A stretch of DNA of 63,806 bases, counting the filler, from Neolecta irregularis DAH-3 (lineage: Eukaryota), in NCBI GenBank assembly GCA_001929475.1. It is 11 parts of 11 records of this genome, joined end to end, with 100 filler letters (N's around TTAATTAATTAA, not from the genome) between each part and the next. Parts side by side here need not be neighbours in the genome. Positions count along the whole stretch, not along the records: positions 34,198 to 35,511 come from LXFE01000298.1; positions 35,612 to 36,632 come from LXFE01003044.1; positions 36,733 to 57,396 come from LXFE01000301.1; 8 more parts are not named here. One strand, 5' to 3'. The notes under the pieces are model-generated. The model did no database searches. It worked only from the letters and a program-made list of their open reading frames with translations, and was not told the origin of the DNA. Positions 34,198 through 52,163 of the stretch are shown here, piece by piece. How positions within the stretch are numbered: the first letter of the stretch is position 1; each line of letters starts with the position of its first letter. Both the position numbers and the translations under genes were made by a program.

Positions 34198-35511
34198 TTT
34201 TCCGCAACCGGATTGGCCGACCAAAGCAACAAATTGTCCTGGCTTAACTTCGAGGTTCAGGCCCCGAAGAACTGGAACATGAGGTCTGGTAGGGTATTGA
34301 AAATGAACTTGGTTAAAGTTAATAGTCCCGCTCTTCAAAAAAGATCTTTTATCACCTCCTCCTGCGCCAATGACCGATTGACCATCTAACAAACGGAAGA
34401 TATTGGAGGCTGCTGTATTTGCTTTGGTGACATCTGGCGAGAAACTGAATAGTTGACCAGCACTCTGAGCTCCAAAAACCAACGAAACTAAGGCAATAAA
34501 GAACTATCACTTAGTAAAGGACAGAAAATAACAACTACGTTCAGGATAATTAGTTCGCCTCGTCTAATCAAAGTTGCACCCCGCCAGAACGCAAGAGCAT
34601 AGCATAAATATGCCAGACTTTGTGAGCAAGAATACAGAAGAGAGCTCTTTGCACTGGAAGTAACCGATGCCTTCGATGGACTGGAAAGACATTGCGAATA
34701 TTCTTCCCATAAACGAGTTTCTCGGGTTAGGCTTTGGACAGTTCGAATGTTCGCAGTTGCTTCACAAGCAAATTGCGCGGATTTCTGATAAGCTTCTTGG
34801 ATCGAAACCTGAAACCGTTGCAGTAAAGCATATCGAAGGTATCCCGCGGTTAAGAGAACAGGGATCGAACACATTACAACCAGAGCGAGCTTCCATGCAA
34901 CAATTAATGACAAGATAAAACCACCACAAATTTGGACAGTGAGTGTAACCATGGGATCTATCAGTAAATTAATATACCAGGTAGGTAACAGAAATACATA
35001 CGAAGGATGGATCCGCTTAATCCTTTTAAATTGGGTGCATCAGTAGCAAGAGTACCCGTTAAAACACCACTAGCATTTTCTTCACGATCAAAAAATTCGA
35101 TATCAGAATAAATAAGCTTTCTGAAACTCTGGTAACGAACTCGACGAACCATCTTTTCGGCGCAATACTCGAAAATGAGACCAACGAGAAAGTAGCAAAG
35201 GAAGGAGACAATGGCTATCATTAACCAGATGGAGGCCAAAATATTCGCCCGAGATTGGAGATGTGCTGGAGAACCGACCGGAGACAAAACATCTATGAAA
35301 TGGGAGAATATCAGAGCCTGTGCAATGGGGATAGTTCCGCATATAGTGGCAGCGGCGAAACCGATTGCAAAAATAACCCTTTCTGGCTTATTGAAACTCA
35401 AAATCCGATAAAAGAGATTGATTCCAGAGTAGTTTTGCGCATTGAGCCCTGATTGCATCTGTCTCCCAGTAATATCAGAGGCAACGCTTTTCTCCGTATA
35501 TATTCGTTTGA
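34198..35511 (-). CDS. ABCB/MDR1-type transporter: second TMD and start of NBD2, partial between gaps
   Basis: FFDREENASGVLT, EATANIRTVQSL, VHFQYPTRPHVPVLRGLNLEVKPGQFVALVGQSGCGK. Confidence 0.93.
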
Positions 35512-35670
35512 NNNNNNNNNNNNNNNNNNNNNNNNNNNNNNNNNNNNNNNNNNNNTTAATTAATTAANNNNNNNNNNNNNNNNNNNNNNNNNNNNNNNNN
35601 NNNNNNNNNNNCTCCTCTTTCTCTATCTATTATACATGATTATATACCAGTCCTTCCATTAACATATCAC

Positions 35671-36500
35671 AGCGGGATGAGCAGGACGAGCGAGTCAGGC
35701 GGGACGAGTGGGACTAGCGAGTCGGGCAGGACGAGTGGGACAAGCGAGTCTGGCGGGATGAGTGGGACAAGCGAGTCGGGCGGGACGAGTGGGACAAGCG
35801 AGTCGGGAGGGACGAGTGGGACGAGCAAGTAGTGCGGGACGAGCGAGTTGGGCGGAACGGGCGGGACAAGTGAGTCTGGTGGGACGGGCGGGGAGAGTTG
35901 GGCCGGATGGGAGAGTTGGGCCAGACAGGACAGTCAGGCCGCACGGGAAGGTCGGGCCGGACTGGAGATTCTGGTGCGATGGGAGAGTCTGGCGAGGCGG
36001 GTGGGACTTGCGGGAAGAGAGAGTCTTGTGGGACGGGAGAGTCGGGCGAGACAGGCTAAGTGGGTGAGCGAGTTGGGTGGGCGAGGCACATGGGACGTGC
36101 GGAACAGGCTAGGCGGGAGGCGGGCGAGTCAGGCAACTCAGGCGAGGCGGGAGAGGTGGCAGAGTCGGGTGGGCGAGTCTTGAGGGACAGGTGAGTTGGG
36201 GGAGTCTTGCGGGACTGGCGTGTTGGGTGGGACAGGAGATTCGGGTGGGACGGGAGATTCGGGCTGGACTGGAGAGTTGGGCAAGACGGGCATGACAGGC
36301 GGGAAGGGAGAGTCGTGCTGGAGTTGGGGGAGGATAGGCGGAACAGGAGGGGACGGGCTAGGCGGGAGGCGGGTGAGGCTGGAGAGTCGTGCGAGGCGGG
36401 AGAGGCAGGAAAGTCAGGTGGGACGAGCGAGTCGGGAGGGACAGGCAGGACAGGAGAGTTGGGCGGGGGGGACAGACAGCAAGGGTGGGCAGGTGGGAGG
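35671..36500 (+). repeat. G-rich degenerate minisatellite (GGGACGAG/GAGTCGGGC modules)
   Basis: Fairly regular ~27-bp units at the left end that decay rightwards; extreme G skew. Confidence 0.85.
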
Positions 36501-36732
36501 TTATTACCACACAACCATGCCCACCTTGTCTCCTGCCTGTTGGTTGCTTTGCCAATATTTAGATAAATATAAAATTATATACATAACAAATGCAATTTAT
36601 ACATGCTTTTTAACATATTCCTGGTTCATCTCNNNNNNNNNNNNNNNNNNNNNNNNNNNNNNNNNNNNNNNNNNNNTTAATTAATTAANNNNNNNNNNNN
36701 NNNNNNNNNNNNNNNNNNNNNNNNNNNNNNNN

Positions 36733-36796
36733 AGTACGTTTACTTAGGCTAGTTATATCACTTGGTCTTATCGTACTTCTAAGCGCATAGCTTACA
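36733..36796 (+). mobile_element. LTR end of the TGTAAG family at a contig start
   Basis: Close inverse match to 61968-62030. Confidence 0.8.
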
Positions 36797-37825
36797 AGAA
36801 TCCATATCAGATTCAAAATGGATTCATCTTCCTCTGCGACTCCGTCCCAACAGCCTATGCAACCGCGCTGATAATATCCCCTTGTTTGCCCACATGTTCC
36901 ATGAAATTCAATTTTGTTACAACATCTATATGCGATTTCTCAACCTCGCCGCCCTAAGACGAATACCAGTAGGATGTACTCTGTGGACGCACTTGTAGTC
37001 TTCTGGATCGGAATGCGACAGCTGAATGGGATGTCGCGATGGAGATACAGCTGGAAGAGGTGATACAATTCATCTTTCATTTCAATTGTACAATTGCTCT
37101 TTTCCATGATCATAAAGGGCAGAAGCAGGGGAAACGCCGATTCAAGATAGGCAGGGAATGGGATGTAGCGGTCCTGTGCCTCTCTGTCCTGGGGGGGTTT
37201 CTCCGTGGTCTATTTGGTCCAGGCGACGCTATTCAGACTGCTTATTCCAAAGTGTTAGGGATTGAAATACTATCTAGACTTTGTAATAGCAGATTGTAGA
37301 GTACCAATTGTTCCAGACTGGTATTCTGGGTGTGGGTCTAGGGCGATTTTTCATCTCTGGCTATGTTTCCAGAATCCTAAAACCTCAGACTCTACAACTA
37401 CAACCTGTGTGCTGACACGCACGCTGAAAATTCGAATTTATTAAAAGCCACATCTGAAATTTAGCACGAACCAAACGCACCCTTATTACAGTACTAATCA
37501 TTCATATCTGTCACAGAAATGAATATGCAAATGAATATGCAAGCATGGATCTTTTGAACCCTTTACATCATAAGTGGGGCAGGTACTATGAGTTTACAAT
37601 AAATGTCAAATCAAAAAGAGGCATCATTCAATAAACAAAAGAATCTGAAGAGTAAAGAATGCGGAAAAAAGAATGTGCAGGGTTTCTTGTCAAATCAAAC
37701 CGGCGTATGAAGAGAGGTAGAAAAGTCAAAGAGGAACCATTCTTGCCTTTATTTCTCTCCCGCACTAGAAAATAAATATTCATTATAACTTGAGCTTCCT
37801 TGGATATTACTCCATCCAAACGATG

Positions 37826-40294
37826 TTAAAATGCAGACCCACCGTTGTATCGGTCGTGCGGTGGGTACTGCTGGTGATCTAACTGACCTTGTTGGGGGTA
37901 ACCTCGGAGCTGCTGCTGGCTTCGCTGATTCCTCAATGAGACATTGGAGTGAGAGAGTGGGGGTTGACTATATAACTCTGGGTGACCATCCATTATGGGG
38001 GAGCTATAGCCCTGATGATAACTGTCGGGTGTAGCATTACCCTGGTTTCCGAAGGAACGATGTTGTGGCTCAACAGGCAGATACTGTGAACCATTGTATT
38101 GATCGCGGGAGTATGCATTATTGTATTCACGATAACCCATATGACGGCTATCAACAGAACTTGAAGTAGATGGAGGTAAAGGAATAGCAGCCGGGTTATG
38201 TCTAACGATCGACTCATCCGCCGTGTCAGAGTCTTCGATTTCTTTTCGTTGGAGTGATCCATCCTTACCTTCTCCTCGAAATTTCAGTGCGAGAGCATCC
38301 AATTCAGTTTGGCCTGGAGCGCCAGCTTTGCCTCTGATGAAGCTAGCCCGATCGTCGCGCATAGGCTGATACCGAACGTCCGGGTTCTTTGAAGTAAGGG
38401 CGAAGATGGCGGAGACCCCGACCATGATCAACAAAACCAAAGCAAAGACGGCATTCATTATGAATGCCACCACTCCGAGGATACCAGCAACAATACCCTA
38501 AGAGTCAGTTGTGGATCGGAATAACGACATACAGCAAGATCGAAGATGTTGGAGAAGATCAATAAAAATACCCCATTAAGCAGATTCACCGAGGAGATCG
38601 CGATGTTGAAATAATTCGTTCGCTTATCCATGAATGGTCTTATAGACAGAACAAGGCCAAATAAGCCTAGCTCAACAATAACCAAAGCGATAGCTTGAGC
38701 TGTTGGTGCAGATTGTAAGAGGCCAGTGAAAACTCCTTTCATGAACAAGTAGAGAAGCGCAAAAACGATGAAATAATAGGCTGGTGCTCGGAACTGAATG
38801 TAGAGAAAGCCCCATCTGTTCAGTTGTTGAGGATCCGAATACAGGATGTATGCCGGATTGTTGTGAATCGTAACAGACTTTCGAGCGAGTCGAAGGACTT
38901 TAGCAGCAGCCCAGCACAATAAGAAGGTCATATTTAAAAGAATGAGGATAGCAAGGATCATGACGGCAGGAGAATCTTTTTGAGTGAATTCCCAAAGACA
39001 AAGAACGCATTGCTGGACATAGCTGATAAGAATCTTGGATATCAGCTAAGAAGGGAATTCAGAGATTACTAGTCGGTACATAGTACCCTTCATGATTGTT
39101 TTCCAACCCTGTCTATATTCAAGGAAACGATCGCTCTTTATTAGATTCATTTTGACGAACCATTCTGTCAGAACTTTGAAAGCCAGCATGCCAACAACGA
39201 CGAGCAAGATGAATATAACAAACATCATCAGGCCTGTCATGAAGACGTTGCTCAGTTCTATACCGGCGCGATAAGCAACTCGTTCGATTCCGCGGACGGT
39301 TGTTACAGTCGATTTTACAGATAACGAAGAAGCGTCGCGTTTTGCGATATGATTTAGGCCTCCAAGAGATCGTTTCAAAATAGTGACGCTTGCAGTTCCG
39401 TATTTGACATTGGTGAGAAGTGAATCAGGTGTACCGCCAGTCGACTTGACATACCATGTAGCAATGTTTTGGAGAAAAGTGATTTTGATAATTCCGAGAG
39501 TCCATTGAAAGTTTTGACACCACGATCCGTAGACTGGAGGTAGATGAACACTTGACATTCCAAAGATTGCTTGCGACTGAAACCAACTGAAAAGGGACAT
39601 GGTATTTGCAGCAACATGAGCCGCTGTATAAGAGTGACCGAGACCTGAAGTGATTGCGGAAGCGAGAAGAGCTGTTCCAGCGATAGCCGCGCTGACCCAG
39701 CCCACTGCTTTCGAGTAAACTGTCTTGCCATTGGTGAGAGATGCTTGTACGCAAGCCACGGTATTGTTTTGGGCGTCGAAGATATAAATCTTGATGATGC
39801 CATCTATATCAGGAATGTTGTAGACGATTCCTAAGAAGTCAGAACGGAGGTGCAAAGATGTACCAACCGGGAATCCGTGCAGCATAATCGGCTGGCACGG
39901 TAGCAGTTTCCTGCATGTTGATGTGACCGACAGAAGCGGGACATAGAGCATTGACCTTAAGTTTGCAGGGATTGAGTAGCTGAGTGACGACCTCCTTGCC
40001 ATAGGCAATAACAACAAGCTTGGCTAAAAAGCATCAGCTATGGCGCACGGCACGAGGAGGACCTGTGACGTTCCCGCCGATAGAGATGACGCCGTCTATG
40101 TCGAACTGGATCGTGCTGTTATCTGGGGTGTATATGATCTGAAAGGTGCTTGCCGAAAAGGCGGAGTTGGCCATGCAGGTGGCGAGCGAAGTGGTGCCAA
40201 TGAGACGCTCGGCAGCGGCAGTCGAGGCGAAAAAGAGCAGCACCAGCACGAGGACTAGAGAGCGAAGGAAGGGCGACGGCCACGGACGGGACAT
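37826..40294 (-). CDS. FLC/Pkd2-type TRP-like membrane protein
   Basis: Signal peptide, ML-like TRP_N domain (SLATCM..ACVQASLTNGKTV), QNFQWTLGII, WGFLYIQFR, RPFMDKRTN, RYQPMRDDRASFI. Confidence 0.92.
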
Positions 40295-40656
40295 GCTGGT
40301 AGAGGGGAGAATGGACGATGAGAGAGGGCCAGAGAAGAGGAGAGTGGAGCAGAATGGAATAGAGGAGAGGAGAGTAGGCAGAGCAGTGCAGGCACAGGGA
40401 GCGTCTGGGTATTCTGCGGGAACAGTGCAAAAGTGGAGGTTGGCCGATGGTGGTGAGCGGCCCATGTTTCTCCCAAAATAGCTTGCGCCCGATCCTTTGT
40501 TTTGACTTTCTCTCGCCGCCTATAGATACACAGCTAGGCCTGCATTATACTCGCCAGGTGTGCTTTTGTAGTTGCAAATATGCATTTGTCCTGCTGCTCC
40601 CACACACTTTTCAGTCCCCTACGCAAAAAACTTTCCCTCTCTCCCCAATCTCTCCC

Positions 40657-42601
40657 ATGGCAAGTGCTTCCCACGACGCTTCCCTCCAATCAAAGAAACG
40701 CAAACGCTCCCATGCACACGCTCACCTCCCTGAAAAAAAGATACCCAAGGTCAAACAGACCTCTGCCTCTAAACAACCCAAACCTGAGGACTCAGATCCT
40801 CAATTCGCACCCGATAAATCTTCCCAAGAACATTTAGAGCCACAGGACAAAGACGACACTGTTCACGCCGCAGAAGATGTTCAAGGCACCATTTCCGATA
40901 TCTCGTCAATCCCATTCCCTTCAACCGTCGACCCTGTAAACTTTTCCGATCTCAATCTCTCTGTACAAACATCAAAAGCAATCGATTCTATGAAGTTTAC
41001 AAAAATGACCCAAATCCAAGCTCGTACAATCCCTCCCCTCATGGCCGGGCGCGACGTGCTTGGCGCCGCTAAAACTGGCTCCGGGAAGACTTTGGCTTTT
41101 CTAATTCCTGCCATCGAATTGCTTTCCGCCCTGAAATTCAAACCTCGCAACGGTAGCAATAATTAGATCTTTACAACTGATCCCCAGGAACTGGTGTCAT
41201 AGTTGTATCGCCTACCAGAGAACTTGCTCTCCAGATCTTTGGCGTTGCAAAGGAGTTGCTCGAATATCATAATCAGACATTTGGAATTGTCATCGGTGGA
41301 GCAAATCGTAGAGCCGAAGCAGAAAAACTTGTAAAAGGCGTCAATCTCCTCATTGCTACTCCAGGCCGACTCCTCGATCATCTCCAAGTATATCGTCATA
41401 TTTTACTGACTGAGCTAACTGTTGAAGAATACCAAGGGCTTCATCTTTCGAAACCTAAAAGCCTTAATTATCGATGAAGCCGATCGTATTCTAGAAATCG
41501 GATTCGAAGATGAAATGAGACAGATCATTAAAATTCTTCCCAATGGTACAATGTTCTTTGTATGCCTTTGTGACTTGGTATAGAAAACAGACAGTCTATG
41601 CTCTTCTCCGCAACTCAGACCACCAAAGTCCAAGATCTTGCACGTATTTCGCTACGTCCGGGCCCATTATACATCAACGTCGACCAAGACAAGGATAATT
41701 CCACTGTCGACGGTCTGGAACAAGGCTATGTTGTTTGCGAAAGTGACAAACGCTTCCTCCTTTTATTTTCTTTCCTAAAACGCAATTTGAAGAAAAAGAT
41801 AATCGTCTTTATCTCATCTTGTAATGGTGTCAAATACTACGCGGAACTTTTAAATTACATAGATCTACCCGTCTTGGATCTACACGTATACATCTACTTG
41901 AAAGTTGTCATTGACCCCTAGGGCAAACAAAAACAGCAAAAGCGCACCAACACATTCTTCGAATTCTGCAATGCCGATCATGGAACTTTGATATGCACGA
42001 ATGTCGCGGCCCGCGGTCTTGATATCCCAGCAGTTGATTGGATCGTTCAATTCGATCCGCCCGATGATCCCCGGGATTATATTCATCGGGTTGGGCGAAC
42101 TGCTCGAGGAATGGATAATAAAGGAAAAAGTCTGATGTTCTTGCTGTCTAGCGAACTCGGTTTCCTTCGCTACTTGAAAGCTGCCAAAATTCCTTTGAAC
42201 GAATATGAATTCCCTTCGAGCAAGATTGCAAACGTACAGAGTCAGGTATCACAATTACCGAGTTACGTAAAAGTTTTAATTTATAGCTGCAAAAATTAGT
42301 ATCTAAAAACTATTACCTGAATAAGGCGGCAAAAGATGGTTATCGGTCCTATCTACAAGCCTATGCTTCTTACTCCCTCAAAGCAGTTTTTGACATAAAT
42401 CAATTAGATCTCGCAAAAGTCGCAAAAGCTTTTGGATTTGAAGTGCCGCCAAAGGTGAATATCACAGTCGGAGCAAGTGGTAAGGTGGAGAGGCGTGGAG
42501 GTGGAGGTGGATTCGGAAAAAAGAAAGATCAACACTTTGCGAAGCAGAGAAATAGCATATTCCGCAGGGAGGATGGCAAATCCCAACAATGGAGTCGGTA
42601 G
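40657..42601 (+). CDS. HAS1: DEAD-box RNA helicase Has1
   Basis: [69 protein letters not shown]. Confidence 0.97.
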
Positions 42602-42763
42602 TGAGTAAATTCAGCTTTTGTTAGAGATCTAAATATGTATCATAACCATTGGAGTGCAAAATTCATATGAATGCATTTTACAACATTCCTTCTTCAAAAC
42701 CTTCTTTGCTAGAATAATATTAGTATGATGGGACAGACCTTTCGAACATTGTCGACCTTGATT

Positions 42764-45700
42764 TCAAGAGATATATTTTCGAAAATCATCATTGTTCTTC
42801 GACTGTGGCGGATTCTTCTGGAGCTGGTCGTCCTGGGAGTCTGGCGCGGTTGTATTCTGTGATGACACTTGCAGTTGACTCTTTACTCCCAAACCAGGAC
42901 GACGACCGCTGGGACGAGTTGTTTGGCGGGGCATCAATGGTCTCAAAATGTTAGCGTTGTTACCCCTATACAAATTAATACCGCAAGTATAAGTAATGTA
43001 ATACGTAGTAGACTTTGAATTCATGAGTTCCGTGAATGTGCCAATATGGAGAGGACTTTGATCAAGAACGTGACCCTCCAGGGCTACACCAGCTTTGCCA
43101 GCATCCTAAAAGTAAGCAAATATACCCCGATGAACCATACATTCACGTTAACAAATTCAACGACGGCACCGCCGAATCGAGGTTTTAATTCAACCTTGCG
43201 AAGCTCTCCGAATTGTTCAAACAATTGCCTTAACCGGAAATCGTTTACGGTAGGTGCAATATTCATAACACCAAGTGTTTTCTGCCTAATGGCTTCGACA
43301 TCTGGATGCTCCACTTCATTGTTACTGCTCTGATTGTCTGCTGTTACGGATATTTCCCTAAGGGTTTAACGCAAGTGCTCCATCCATCTCTTACCTAATA
43401 TGTTTGACAGGTTTGGCTTCCGCAATCGAAACCATCAAAAAACGGCCCAAGATCTTGCTTCCATTAAGACTAAGTGCTGCTGATGCCTCATCCTCTGTTT
43501 GGTAGGTTATGAAGCCAAAGCCTTGATGGTGTGATGTAGTTTTTCGCGGTAACCTGATTCGTTCAATTGTTCCAAACTAGCTAGTCAGCAATACTGGCAA
43601 AATAGTTTTTGTACCTTTGAGAAAGCTTGTCTGAGAGTTTCCTCATTAGCATTGAAATGAATGTTTGCTATATAAATCTCTCGACCTTCCTCGATCGCCC
43701 CTTTGCGCTCACCTTTGGCGGTTGGATCGGAAATCTGTACAGATAAATTATATCTGCCGTCATATTCTTTTCCATCAAGTGCAAGTGCTTTGAGCGCATT
43801 GTTCTATAGTAAGATTGCGGTGCAGAGACAAAAGATACAGAATCTTCATATTGCACGTAGCAAAATCGGCGATGTGTATTAACTCGAAGACTAGGAAAAC
43901 GAATATCGAGAATCTTTCCAAACTGATTCATTAGCAAGAGTCTCATGTGATACATTCCTGTTCGAATTCGGCTCGCAGAAAAGACTCATCAGCCGATGGG
44001 GGATAGTTGGTGACATAAAGAGTAATATGCTCAGCTCTTTGAACCGAGACTCTACCTCCAGCAAGTCGTTTCCCATCACGCGTCAAAGCAGTCAGTACAT
44101 TATCCTACAGGTCAGGTCAGAGGAATGCGGCATCATACTGGTGTAACGAATTCGACTAGAGCAAGCTTTGAAGTATTGGATTCGCATTCGATCAATTTGA
44201 GATCGCGAATATTGCCACACTAATTGTTACAGAGGATTGTTGCAATTGATATACCTCTTTAAAAAATCTTCGCACCGCCGTTTCATCCGCATTGCTGACG
44301 ATATTGCTTACGCGGACAGTATTCTGTTCTCTGTTTCTAATTCCTATAAGCTTAACAACAAGACATCTTTGATACCGATGAATATCGTCGTCACCTACTT
44401 TGACTTTCTTTTGGTCGGGAAGCTGGAGATCTAGATTCTCAGGGGTTTCGGGTATTTTTCTCTTGTTCGTCTCAGGGTTCAAATTAGTAAGTGATTCGGG
44501 GCCATTTACTGCTAGAGAAGCTGACTGGAAGTACTCCTAAAGATGTCAATTTTTGGAGAAAGATGGGAAATTGCCTTGGCTCTACGTTTTGCCACGAGGA
44601 TAGTTGTTCTTTTTATTTTCATAGCGGCTCTTTCGATTTCTTCAATCTGATAATTTTCTTCCATAAAGGATGAGTAAACCTCGATAATTCTCTCAGGCCA
44701 TTCCGTGTATCGGGTAACCCCCTTGGACAAAACTTCCCCGGCGTTTTCTAGATACCCTAGGGACCTAGATCTCAGAATGATAATACGGAAGACATAATAC
44801 TTTTCCCAGTCAGCGTATTTCAACCAGAAATCTGTCGATTTGCCATAGTATTTACAAAGATTCTTCCAAATGGAGCGTGCGCCTTCATCATCGCCCCGCC
44901 TGGTTTTGACTTGGATCAAAAGTCGTTCAAATTGATAAAACTCGTCATGTTGATCTTTAAATGCTTATAATCAGCAAGGAGCATCTTGGAAGCATACTTT
45001 TGGCAAGGTATTTCATTGATTCGGTAATTTCGTTCTCCAAGTTATCAATTAATTCAACTTCAGTGGACCAATCATGTATTCCCCGTTTCAAGGCATTGCA
45101 CCAAGCCAACTCTAATTTCCTTGATTCGACGACATTGGACGCCAGCATTCCAGATGAGAGTGCTTTAATTTTGACCTCGCGAATTGATTCATTGTCTTTG
45201 CTCCAACACTCAAGAGAACGAATATAATGAACCCAAATATCGCCTGACCAGGGACAATTTCGCACTGCTCGTTCCAAAATTGGAAGAACTAGTTCCTCCA
45301 AAGTGAGCGTATCAAGAAGGAAAAGGATATAGTCTTCCCAAAAGCTTGCGACAAGAGGTTCCGCCGCAACCGCACGTTCAAATAAATTATTTAGCATTGG
45401 AGCGGAGAGCGGCTTTTGCTGCTTCTCAAACTCGAGATAATTGCTCCAATCAGAAACAGGATCTTGAGATGCCTGAAGCGCATTTTCGTATTTTTCCCGA
45501 GCAGATATCTGCTTTTTGCTAATGTTGTATACCTTATTTGCAGCAACCATCGTATCCTCATATAACGCATTATCAAAATTGCTTAAAAACGTTGAAAATG
45601 CATCAAAGGTTTGTTGAATAGCTATATATTAGCCAAAGATGCAAAATATATACGTGCCCAGGTGAGGAATAACAAGACGTTGCATATATGAATCTTTCAT

Positions 45701-46484
45701 ATCTTCAATACCAATACGATCACCGTGACCAAGAGAAGATATTTTACGCTTAATACATCGATCCCATATTTTGTGACTCTAAAAGTAAGAAAATCTCCGT
45801 ATATAGAATGTACTTGTTCGAGGTGGTAAGCTGTAACACTATAAGCTTCGTGGTATACATTTTCGATTAGTTCATCCGAAAACATCTGTTTCATTTCCTC
45901 GTCGTTCTCTTCCGCAGCAATTCGTGTGGACTCGTCCACGAAATCAAGATACTTTTCCCATAGCCGAATAGCTAAATTCTGTAAATCTTTTTTAAAAAAG
46001 GCACGTACACATATAATCTTGCACAGATCGAGCATGCAGTTGCAGTAATTCTAGCTTATCATCCGTCGTCAACGCTGCTTGCGCTGCATCTGAAAGCCAA
46101 TCTAGCCAATTTTCTATACGATTAACAGTCAGTCGTAATCATACTACAACCTTCAGACATCGGATGAAAAGCAGTCATAGTTTCCCGAGCATCTTGAAGT
46201 TTATCCGCAAGCCCTTTGCTTTTCAAAAAAGCGATATGATCTATATGGGCTTGGTAGTCGTACGGGTTAGTCGATATTTTGCTTAAAAAGTTGAGGATTG
46301 TTTCATTGTCCGCGTCTGAAAGGGACGGTACAGTTTGTGGTTCAGTGTCGATATCAATATCAATATCGATTCCATCATTCATTTCTTCATTGGCATCTTC
46401 TTCAAGAGCGTCTAGTAACACCGAATCTCCCGAGTCTGATTCGTATTCGGCGCTGCGAGATTTGTCCAGAAGCATTGTTCCCAT
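42764..46484 (-). CDS. PRP24: U4/U6 recycling factor Prp24/SART3 (HAT repeats, RRMs, Lsm-interacting tail)
   Basis: HAT repeats (LERAVRNCPWSGDIW), multiple RRMs (RRFCYVQY), C-terminal KNNDDFRK; many introns. Confidence 0.9.
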
Positions 46485-46664
46485 GATGTCGGTTGGCGAG
46501 TGCTAAACTCATTAATATGTCATTGACTCCACCTTTTTATCTACATCAAATTACATAAGAATACTCTAAAACTTGACCTGAAAATATTCTTCTTCATATG
46601 TATGCATTTATGAAAAAATCTTTCAGTTCAATCTATACTCTCAAACTATGTATTCTACTCAAAA

Positions 46665-50296
<3,632 letters not shown>

Positions 50297-50314
50297 GGTG
50301 TTTTTGCCTCACCC

Positions 50315-50555
50315 GCTATCACCCCTCTACTGTCCATCCACTATCCATCCCTCTATCATCATCTACTATCCACCCCAGTATCATCACCTACTATCCACCC
50401 CTCTATCATCATCTACTGCCCATCCACTATCCATCCCTCTATCATCATCTACTATCCATCCCCTCTATCATCACCCACTGTCCATCCACTATCCTCCCCA
50501 TCCTTCTATCCGCAGTCCATCCCCACTCTCTCACTCTATCAAACCACCCATACTC
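50315..50555. repeat. G-poor CTATCCA/CTCTATCATCAT minisatellite filling the ADE3/IDP divergent promoter
   Basis: Repeating CCACTATCCATCCCTCTATCATCATCTA variants; almost no G on the + strand. Confidence 0.85.
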
Positions 50556-50560
50556 AATCA

Positions 50561-52091
50561 ATGCCCCCCCGCATCACCGTCCGCGGCCCGGTCGTCGAAC
50601 TCGACGGAGACGAAATGACCCGCGTCATCTGGCACCACATCAAGCAAAAGGTGCCCTCCCCTCTCGCCCCGCTCACCCCAGCTCATCCTGCCCTACCTCG
50701 CTCTGAATATAAACTACTTTGATCTCTCGATCCAGAACCGCGACAAAGTACACTCATCCCCCTGCGCTCGCCCTAACCGGCAGACAGACGACCAGGTCAC
50801 CATCGATGCCGCACATGCCATCCTCAAGCACAACGTCGGCATAAAGTGCGGTGCGCTCCCTAGCCTATCCGCCTCGCCCCTCACCCTCCAGCCACAATCA
50901 CCCCAGACGAATCCCGTGTCAAGGAATTCAATCTAAAGAAAATGTGGCTGTCCCCAAATGGCACAGTATGCCCATCGTTTTTCCTCCCTGACCCCAGATC
51001 AGAAACATCATCGGCGGAACCGTCTTTAGAGAACCAATCATCGTCTCCAGAATCCCCCGCTTCGTCCCAGGCTGGAAACTCCCCATCATTATCGGCAGGC
51101 ACGCCTTTGGCGACCAGTACAGATGCAAGGATTTCGTCACAACTGAACCAGGTCTTTTCGAAGTCGTCTTTACCCCTACATCCGGCAAGCCCCAAAGAAC
51201 AAAAGTATTCGATTTTCAGGTTTTTTATTTTATTTTCCCCATGCTCACCAGCAGGGCCCCGGAATTGGTCTCGCAATGTACAACACGGATCACTCCATCA
51301 AAGGCTTTGCCCAGAGTTCCTTTGAATTCGCCCTTCAAAGACGCATGCCTTTGGTATTCTGCTTGTTTCCCTCGTTAATACCAGTATCTTTCCACAAAAA
51401 ACACAATCCTGAAAGCCTATGACGGCCGCTTCAAAGATATATTTGCAAATTTATACCAAGAGCGCTACCGCGAACGCTTCGAGGAAAACAATATATGGTA
51501 CGAACATCGTCTCATCGACGACATGGTCGCCCAAGCAATCAAATCAAAAGGCGGCTTTGTTTGGGCTTGCAAAAATTATGACGGGTACTAGTCTTTGTAC
51601 ACTCATTTAACAGCAGTGACGTTCAATCCGATATAATTGCACAAGGTTTCCTTCTTTGCCTTTACCACTGATTCCAAGGATACGGCTCCCTGGGTATGAT
51701 GACCTCCGTTTTGATGCACCCAGACGGAAAAACCATCGAATCTGAAGCTGCTCACGGCACAGTCACCAGACACTTTCGTCAACATCAACAAGGAAAACGT
51801 TTGTCAATACTACTTTTTCTCCTCTCACAATCAGTCACCTCTACAAATTCAGTAGCGTCCATATATGCATGGACTCGCGGCCTTGCACATCGAGCTAAAC
51901 TCGATGATAACAATGAACTCTTCGCATTCGCACAGTCGCTAGAGAGCGCCTGCATACAAACCATCAACGATGATGGTATCATGACAAAAGACCTCGCCAT
52001 CTCCTGCGGCAACGATCAAAAATGGGTAAACACATTCGAATTCATGGACGCTGTAGAAAATCGCCTAAAAAGGAACTTGCCCAAATTGTGA
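50561..52091 (+). CDS. IDP: NADP-dependent isocitrate dehydrogenase
   Basis: [67 protein letters not shown]; ends in PKL. Confidence 0.97.
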
Positions 52092-52163
52092 TGCGTAAAT
52101 ATTTAACCCTGATCGAAAAAGAATATATCTGAAATGTAAACTGCATAACAATACACTGCATTA

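Noticed and set aside
35714-36684. Repetitive ORFs on both strands
   Set aside because: Translations of a G-rich minisatellite; no domain signal.
41994-42026. HAS1 motif V reads TNVAARGLD rather than TDVAARGLD
   Set aside because: Single conservative change in an otherwise intact gene; not evidence of novelty.
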